Shown here: positions 41,088 through 43,602 of the stretch, one piece after another
Numbering within the stretch: the stretch's first letter is position 1
How the letters are laid out: each line of letters opens with the position of its first letter
Assembly (NCBI GenBank): GCA_035250975.1
Contig: DATFEP010000010.1
Coordinates: 1 to 43,602, forward strand
Length of the DNA: 43,602 bases
Source: Nitrososphaeraceae archaeon
GTDB lineage: Archaea; Thermoproteota; Nitrososphaeria; Nitrososphaerales; Nitrososphaeraceae
Reading direction: 5' to 3'
The notes under the pieces: model-generated
The model's database searches: none
The model's input: only the letters and a program-made list of their open reading frames with translations
What the model was told of the DNA's origin: nothing
Translations under genes and position numbers: made by a program

Positions 41088-42200
41088 TTATCTAGATACA
41101 TCTATTTCTAGAGCATCCATTACTGCTACATTATCTTTTAGATATATATTTAGAATAACTGAACCAGGATTCTTTCCTTTTATTGTCAAAGTTGTCTTTC
41201 CATGGCCATCTGTTTTTAGTTCTTCCGAACTTAGTTCTATGTTCTCTTGGTTGTCTACTAGATTAACAATAATTTCTTTTTCCTTTAATGGTCTATCTTT
41301 AAAATCACATGCAATTATTTTCAAATCAAGTTCTTCATTGACTTTTATGCTCTTGCTAGTATAAGGAAGAATGATTTTCGAGTCTGTTTTATCTTGAGAT
41401 TCATCTCCTGATTCTCTGACTTGAGTTCCAAACAATGTCATGAAGATGTCTCTTAATTTCTTTGTTGCCTCTGTTGCCATCAAACCTGCTGTTACACTTA
41501 TTGCTGCAACACCAAAGTAATTGAGGTCTGCAGGCTGAGCGTTGATACTTAATATACCTCCGCGTATCAGAAGATAAAATACTATGGCTGCTATTCCTGC
41601 AATCACAGGTCTTCCAAAATACCATATTGTCCAACTACCATCATGCCTTCTATTTCCAACATATGTAACCAATGATGATAATCCGTGGGTTGCCCCTCCA
41701 ATTATTCCAAATGCTAATACTAATACAACGAGTTGAAATTCTCTGTCAATGTTTTTGCCAAAAGCAAAGTTGCTTTTATTTTGTATTACAGTACCGTTTT
41801 CTTTAACAACAATATTGGATATTTCTGGACTATTACTTGCATTCCTATTATGTTTTATGGTTATTTTTGATACTGCCATGGTTTGATTTGAATTGACTAG
41901 TTCAGACTGTTCTGTTCCGTTGGCATATTTAATTGTCTTTTCTTCTTTGGTATAATCAAAAATATCTAAAGGAACTGGATCCCAATAATCCAATATCAAA
42001 TAAATAGATATTACCAAGACAATTATGTAATATACAAAAATGATTGGTATTTCTTTATGTTTTTTAATAATATCAAAACTGTCCCCTCTCATTGAATGAC
42101 AAAAACTATATCGCCTATATAGATTTTTTGGCAATATGTTTGAATGAATAATAATTGCAATATGATCATCATTAAATATTGATATATTCGTAATGTTCAA
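41088..42200 (-). CDS. Membrane protein: TM + loop + 3-TM bundle + C-terminal Ig-like (Big_1-like) domain
   Basis: FGIIGGATHGLSSL..GNR..SWTIWYFGRPVIAG..YFGVAAISVTAGL TM bundle; KTDGHGKTTLTIKGKNPG is Ig-like. The start is probably MRGDSF. Confidence 0.75.
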   Translation of the reverse strand: MNITNISIFNDDHIAIIIHSNILPKNLYRRYSFCHSMRGDSFDIIKKHKEIPIIFVYYIIVLVISIYLILDYWDPVPLDIFDYTKEEKTIKYANGTEQSELVNSNQTMAVSKITIKHNRNASNSPEISNIVVKENGTVIQNKSNFAFGKNIDREFQLVVLVLAFGIIGGATHGLSSLVTYVGNRRHDGSWTIWYFGRPVIAGIAAIVFYLLIRGGILSINAQPADLNYFGVAAISVTAGLMATEATKKLRDIFMTLFGTQVRESGDESQDKTDSKIILPYTSKSIKVNEELDLKIIACDFKDRPLKEKEIIVNLVDNQENIELSSEELKTDGHGKTTLTIKGKNPGSVILNIYLKDNVAVMDALEIDVSR

Positions 42201-42422
42201 GAATTTCTAGTTGAGAATTACTAACAAAATAATTTTTATGATTCTCTGGATTGACATCCTTTTACAATAATAATAGAAATAATTAATTGAACAAGATATA
42301 TACAATTAACATGAATGAATCATAGAAAATGCTAAAACATCAATTATACTAATAATGAAATAACTGTAAAGTTTTTTTATGATACTGAATACTCTAAAAG
42401 TAATTATTTTATTATAAAAATA

Positions 42423-42910
42423 TTACTGATTATCTAATTTGTCTTTTAAAATTTTTTGCCTCATTTTTGGAAAGTTATCAGGATCAAATTTATTCAAAAT
42501 GACTGTTAACTCTTTGTTTATTCTTACCTTTTCCCACTCATAATAATAACCTTTAGATAGTAAATTAATGCTTTTTGTATATGTTTCTTCATTAATAATA
42601 ATTCTATTTATATTTGTAAGACAAATATCAACACATCGTATTTTATATCTTAAATCTATATTATTAAATCTTGGTCTAGTAAAGCGTGTATCATCGTATC
42701 CAGCATAGACAATAATTTGTGCTGCTACAATTTTATCTTGATGTTCAATTGGTTAATTCCTTATCGATTCACGTCATTTCCTCTTTGAGTTTATCCAATT
42801 AGAAAACTAATATCACAATTGGGCCAGTGGAATGTGAAAGAAATTTGACCTTAATTTTGGTTCCATCATAATTCTATGGATTTGAACCCTTCTATATAGT
42901 GGGATCATTT
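42423..42910 (-). pseudogene. Interrupted gene of unknown family
   Basis: Open minus frame of about 108 codons without a start (IEHQDKIVAAQIIVYAGYDD...KDKLDNQ*), preceded by broken coding-like sequence that has a paralogous piece near 35240. Confidence 0.45.
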
Positions 42911-42973
42911 AATACTTTAAACTTCGTTTAGAAATAGATTTAAGATACAAACATATATTCAATCCTTACCAGT

Positions 42974-43186
42974 ATGAATAGTAATAGTGATATGCAGAAT
43001 CTAGAATCCGGCTTATTAACAATATCCTTCAATTCCAGAGAGGAAGAAGTAGAAGGATTCTATGTATTATTATCAAAAAAAATTCCCATAAAGAGTACAG
43101 GACAACACAAATATACTATAAATAAGAACTATATTAAAATTTTAGATACCATGGGCATAAATTATACAATTCAAAAGAATCCATAA
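42974..43186 (+). CDS. Small hypothetical protein
   Basis: 70 aa, 13 bp upstream of the next gene. Confidence 0.6.
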   Translation: MNSNSDMQNLESGLLTISFNSREEEVEGFYVLLSKKIPIKSTGQHKYTINKNYIKILDTMGINYTIQKNP

Positions 43187-43199
43187 AATTCAATTTAAG

Positions 43200-43526
43200 T
43201 TGTCATCATCCTCAATTAGAGTAGATATTTATTTACCGTTATATTATAACAATAACCAATCAATAGAAAAATCAAAATTTGTTGATACTTTTAATGAATT
43301 GGTCGAAATGTTTGGCGGATGTTCTGCTGATGAACATACTATACTTGGAAGTTGGAAGGACCCAGATTCAGACATTTTGTATAATGATGAGAATAGAATA
43401 TACCATGTTATATGTGAAGATCGTAAAGAAAATAGCAATCTTTTAAGTATATACAAAGAGAAGTTAAAAGAGAGATTTCGACAAAAAGAGATAATGATGT
43501 ATTATATTAGTGTGAATAGATTTTGA
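43200..43526 (+). CDS. Small hypothetical protein (ferredoxin/PII-like alpha-beta pattern)
   Basis: DIYLPLYYN..ELVEMFGGCS..GSW..YNDE..YKEKLKERFRQKEI resembles a widespread uncharacterised family. Confidence 0.7.
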   Translation: MSSSSIRVDIYLPLYYNNNQSIEKSKFVDTFNELVEMFGGCSADEHTILGSWKDPDSDILYNDENRIYHVICEDRKENSNLLSIYKEKLKERFRQKEIMMYYISVNRF

Positions 43527-43602
43527 AAGATGACAATAGTAAGGATAATAACAAATAATAGCATATAATTATTCTATTTTCATAGTTCTTCTTAGTAAAA
43601 TA

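Noticed and set aside
42878-42890. GGGTTCAAATCC (minus strand) as a tRNA T-arm or att site
   Set aside because: No acceptor, D or anticodon arms can be folded around it; it lies in a decayed coding-like segment.

Overview
AT-rich window that looks like a soil ammonia-oxidising archaeon (Nitrososphaeraceae, Nitrosocosmicus-like). This is inferred from gene families, Asn/Tyr-rich secreted proteins and IS types, not from a marker gene. It is an accessory region of stand-alone genes: Zn-dependent dehydrogenase, phospholipase C/phosphoesterase, arginase-family protein, DJ-1/PfpI, dodecin, Cache domain, PPOX, ArsR-SRPBCC, PPK2, secreted gamma-carbonic anhydrase, MBL hydrolase, VOC, NHL propeller and Lrp-GAF regulator. 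These are interleaved with many decayed genes and IS5/IS6/integrase remnants. Three things stand out. (1) A translationally coupled minus-strand operon encodes a stand-alone SIR2-like NADase and an nSTAND1 NTPase-TM-TPR receptor. Its TPRs are 102-bp repeats with a near-invariant half and a variable half, and a decayed TPR gene follows; this is a candidate archaeal transmembrane NLR-like immune system. (2) A ~35-100 bp intergenic repeat occurs five times, all on the + strand, every 3.2-4.4 kb. (3) A TTCCRNNNCGGAA palindrome occurs four times around the Lrp-GAF regulator locus. No rRNA, tRNA or CRISPR array was seen.
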